Assembly: GCA_040954595.2 (NCBI GenBank)
Contig: CM082579.2
Location: 3,647,227-3,711,226, forward strand
DNA: 64,000 nt
Direction of reading: 5' to 3'
Source of the DNA: Balanoglossus misakiensis
Taxonomy: Eukaryota; Animalia; Hemichordata
Every line of letters starts with the position of its first letter. The first letter of the stretch is position 1. The notes below the pieces were generated by a model, which searched no databases, was not told where the DNA came from, and was given only the letters and a program-made list of their open reading frames with translations. Positions 60,201-64,000 of the stretch are shown one piece after another. The translations under genes were made by a program, and so were the position numbers.

Positions 60201-63200
60201 GGAATATACTCACTTTAAAATAAAATAAATATTTATCTGCAAGGTTTATTAAAGTTAGGATTAACTCATTTTGGTAACAGTGACACAATTATATTGAAGT
60301 ATAGTCAATTCACGTTATTCATTGCAGCGATTTATTTGTCATTCTACAAGCAAGTCAGTCTTGACCCCCGTGGTCGCTCTCAACTATAAATAACATCAAT
60401 GTTTAAGAGAACGTCTAAAAAAGCCGGCCCTTCTGAAATTGTAATTTTATTACTCGGCAAATATGCATCCAAGTAGCACGTAATGGGAGGAAGTCCTTTA
60501 CAAGTCAGAATCTGCCAAAGCCAGCCCGGGATAGCTGATCACGCATATCCGCAAGGAGAATCCTTAGTGTTTTTGTAGTGATTTCGTTTCAGAAAGCGCG
60601 GCTGTTTAAGTATTGCCAGAGATCACCCTAAGGCCATCAATTGGATGACCTGTGCCAGATTGTATTAGCACATGAGAAGTTTTTATAATGCATGTTACGC
60701 GGTGTCTTGACATAGACATGGTTTGATTCTTAACAGACGTTTTGATAACATCTACCTTGAGGTTACTGCAGCCACGTCGGTGATTGAAAAAAAGAGAGGT
60801 AACTTCCCGTAGAGTAATTCTAAATTGCCGATGCATATCGAATTTTATTGATCAAGTTTTTTTAGAATTGCCGATAACTTGCAAAGAGTGTTTTTTGACA
60901 TACGTGTATTTTATATCTTAATACTAAAGCGCCCTGTGACCCTGTTATACCGTTGTTGCTATGGTGACTGTCTGTAAGAATTCAGTCTCAGTCGATATTT
61001 TCAATGTTTCCCGTCAAAGATTTGCCGTGTCTGTCAAATTGCGTCATTCAGACAAAATTTCTGACACTATTTTGACGTTATGTCTCTCCAGAGATGTTTT
61101 CTCTGTCGCTCGGATACGAGAATCACAGATAGACATTTTCGTCCTTGCTGCGAACTTTTCCACATTCATTCCAACACGAAAGCAGTTAATTAAGATTCGC
61201 AAATAGCCGATTTTGTGAACGACGCCACTGATAATTGTGTACGTTGCGATTTAATAGAGTCACCTAAGATAAACATCGAGACTCTCGGACAAATTAATTG
61301 TTATTACATTGTAGAGAAACAAGCAGATAGACTATCCGAGGTCCATCATCATTTGACATTCAGGTCACAGAATCGCCGACCTGTACTAGCCAGTTCCATT
61401 AAACCCTGTCGGAGTTCTAATGCACGCTTTTACTTCTGTGTTGCATGTATAGACTCGCCAAAATATTTGTATGTGAAAACTTAGTGGAGCAAGTCAATTC
61501 TTAGAGATTAGTTCAGGTTGCATTGGTATTTTGCTTGTAATTTGCCAACCCACGAAAGTAGATAACTTGCAAATATGTGGCTGATTTTTTTCAACCGCCA
61601 TCAGCCGCCTGAAAATTTTACTGTAAATACCGTACTTCTGAGTTCAGCTTTTTTTATTTTCTTCCTTAGAGAGCAAGTTCTGTGACAAAATGTTGATAAA
61701 GTAGGAGAGAGAGTAACATTCCCTTCGATCGAGAGCTTTCAAAAGTTGTGAAGATCTTGGATGATAAAACATCATGATCCGACCTTAAAAATTCTTGTTA
61801 AAAAATGTCGCATTGGACGTACCGTCCACCTTTCATGGATATCGAATATGATCTAGTATTAAATTTCCGGATAGTTTTTTCTTCGTTATCACAGACTTTC
61901 CCTCAAGAAATCATCTCTCTATCTCTGAGACTTTACTTTCTTGTGTTCCCCTCCTGAGAGAGTATACCATCTGCACAAGCAAGATAAACACCGCAATAAA
62001 ATGTGACTGGAATAACTTGTCACTGAGAATATTCACTGTATCAGCGAAAGAGTCGCACAGTATATGAACTTTTCAAACCCAGAACAGGTGCCAATCAAAA
62101 TAAATGCTTGGATTAAAGTTGTACAGTTTTGACATTTCGTGCAAAGGGCCAAACGAGAGAAGGAGGCAGAATGTGAGCGAAGTCACGGCCATACATAAAC
62201 ATTGCCCTCACGGCTACAGCGTCGCACGTCTCCCGCTTTACTGCAATTTACCGATTTTCAATCAAATGTGGCCTCTGTCGTTCGGGGAATTCATACATAT
62301 ATACATATGCGATCATTTTTTTCCGAGTGCATTAGGGCTTTTTTGTGTGTTTCTAACCATTCTCCAGGGGGCAATGGAGCTGTTTTAAAAAGTTAGAATA
62401 TCTATTAGGCGACTGCTCCGGAGTTCTCTGTGTAATTATTTTAAAAACCATTCACAGCTCACCGGGAATGCAGACTCGGAAATCTGAACTTTGGCCCCGG
62501 GCTTGGCTTTTAGTAAATGGTCTATGCTCGCAATTTGCTCAGCTATCTGTGTAGGAGACTTTTATCGGAACAATAAACTGAATCTACTAAATGATATATC
62601 TTTTTGAGTTCTTAAGCCTGAAATGGCGTGACGTGGGGGAGTTGAAATTTATTGGTCACGGTTACCTGACTGTAAAGGCATCACAAAAGGTATTGCAGAA
62701 AGATTGCATTTTAGGCGGTGACTGATTGATTGACTGACGGGATCAAACTTTTCAGAGTGGTTTTAATGTGGGCGTGAGTGATCACCAAGTGATTAGCCTT
62801 AAAGGATTTGCTTCATATTGCTTTAAGAGAAATGGGTCACCGTTGGTTGCGAAGGCAGCATCTTTGGCAGTAGAAGAATTCCAAAATTTTGCAGCTTATT
62901 GACGCTTTAAGACACATGACGTCACGAACTCCTTCCGTCGTTGTTGGGTCTTTACACGTGACTGCAAATCAGCGTTGCTTGTGCCGTCTCCCTAAAGACA
63001 CACACTTTACTAGTAATACCAGTCAGAGGACAGAAACCCCCCTGAGTACAAGCTAAAGTGGTGCGACCCGTAAGGTACGGATTATCACCAATCAATTCCA
63101 TCACTTCAGCCCACAAACGCAGCACTCTACAAAAGTACATTTTTCCAGAGTTCTCCACAATCAGTGCACTGAATACATTCCTGAGGAAAAAACGGGAACG

Positions 63201-64000
63201 AAATATGAAGACAATCTTATCTCTCACGGTTCATTAACAGTATCAAATGGAGAATGAATTGTATCTACTCGAGTAATCAACGATGCCTGCAAACATGAGT
63301 GCAGAACGTAAAGCATCCACTGCCTGCCAGCGCACAAACCTGATATATCGGAGTATTAAAGACCATTTAATAATTAGGGGGACGAAATGTTTACCAACGT
63401 GGTTGATATTATCATGGTAAAGACCGTTTCAACAATTAGGGAAACACTGGCGCTGAATACAGACCACGTATACCGGGTACATTCAGCAATTTCCTCAGTA
63501 ATTCACATCCCTCTTGTTCATCTCCGTGGTGATACAGCTCATATTTAACTGACAAAAGCGACTCAATACGCAACTTATCACACTCATCTACCGTTCTCTT
63601 TTTGAAATTGGTGGACTAATCTACGTGGGGGATAAAACAAGCCGTAATATCACAGCTCAGTCTTGTAACAGCACACTAGATATTTTTTTGCCATTTTCCT
63701 GAATTGGCCAGCAATCTGGCAATTTGTGTTTCCCTCCTACTAAACTGCGGATGTTGTAATTGAAACACCGTCATAAAGAAAACACTGCGCAAACTTCCAT
63801 TGCTTTGCGAGCAACGAGCCATTTAAGAATATGTTTCCCACAGGAAAAACTACGAGAGAAAACAGCGATTCCTCGGCAGTCGCTCTCCTCCATGTTGTAA
63901 ATCTAAGTCAACCAAATCACCATCAGCTAATTTATTCCGATTTCGACAAAATTAAAAAAATAAGTCCCTGTCAAAGGAAATGAAACCAGTTTCATTCCCT

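Noticed and set aside
57300-64000. Short ORFs in the right-hand region (also 31.7-38.2 kb)
   Set aside because: No domains, codon bias or consistent exon chains; treated as UTR, intronic or intergenic DNA.

Overview
Eukaryotic (invertebrate bilaterian, GT-AG introns) genomic window at a satellite/gene-rich boundary. 1-14.9 kb is a homogeneous array of an 87-bp satellite; the giant ORFs there are artefacts. At ~15,037 a fold-back junction switches to an inverted, diverged, CpG-decayed 86-bp sister satellite (to ~16.5 kb). 16.6-21.3 kb holds repeated minus-strand micro-exon/intron modules that look non-coding, a 134-bp tandem array and promoter-like motifs. Genes reconstructed by hand from splice sites: the 3' exon of a prokineticin-receptor-like GPCR (5' half not found), a 7-exon CARD-coiled-coil-Death-domain gene (-), an intronless muscarinic (B-type/GAR-2-like) GPCR (+), coronin-7 (24 coding exons, -) with a complete intronless Toll-like receptor nested antisense in one intron, and head-to-head DNAJA3/Tid1 (+). 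DNAJA3 has two alternative terminal exons and two paralogous intronic box C/D snoRNA candidates. 57.3-64 kb shows no supportable gene. All family calls come from motif recognition, not database searches, and the species cannot be determined.
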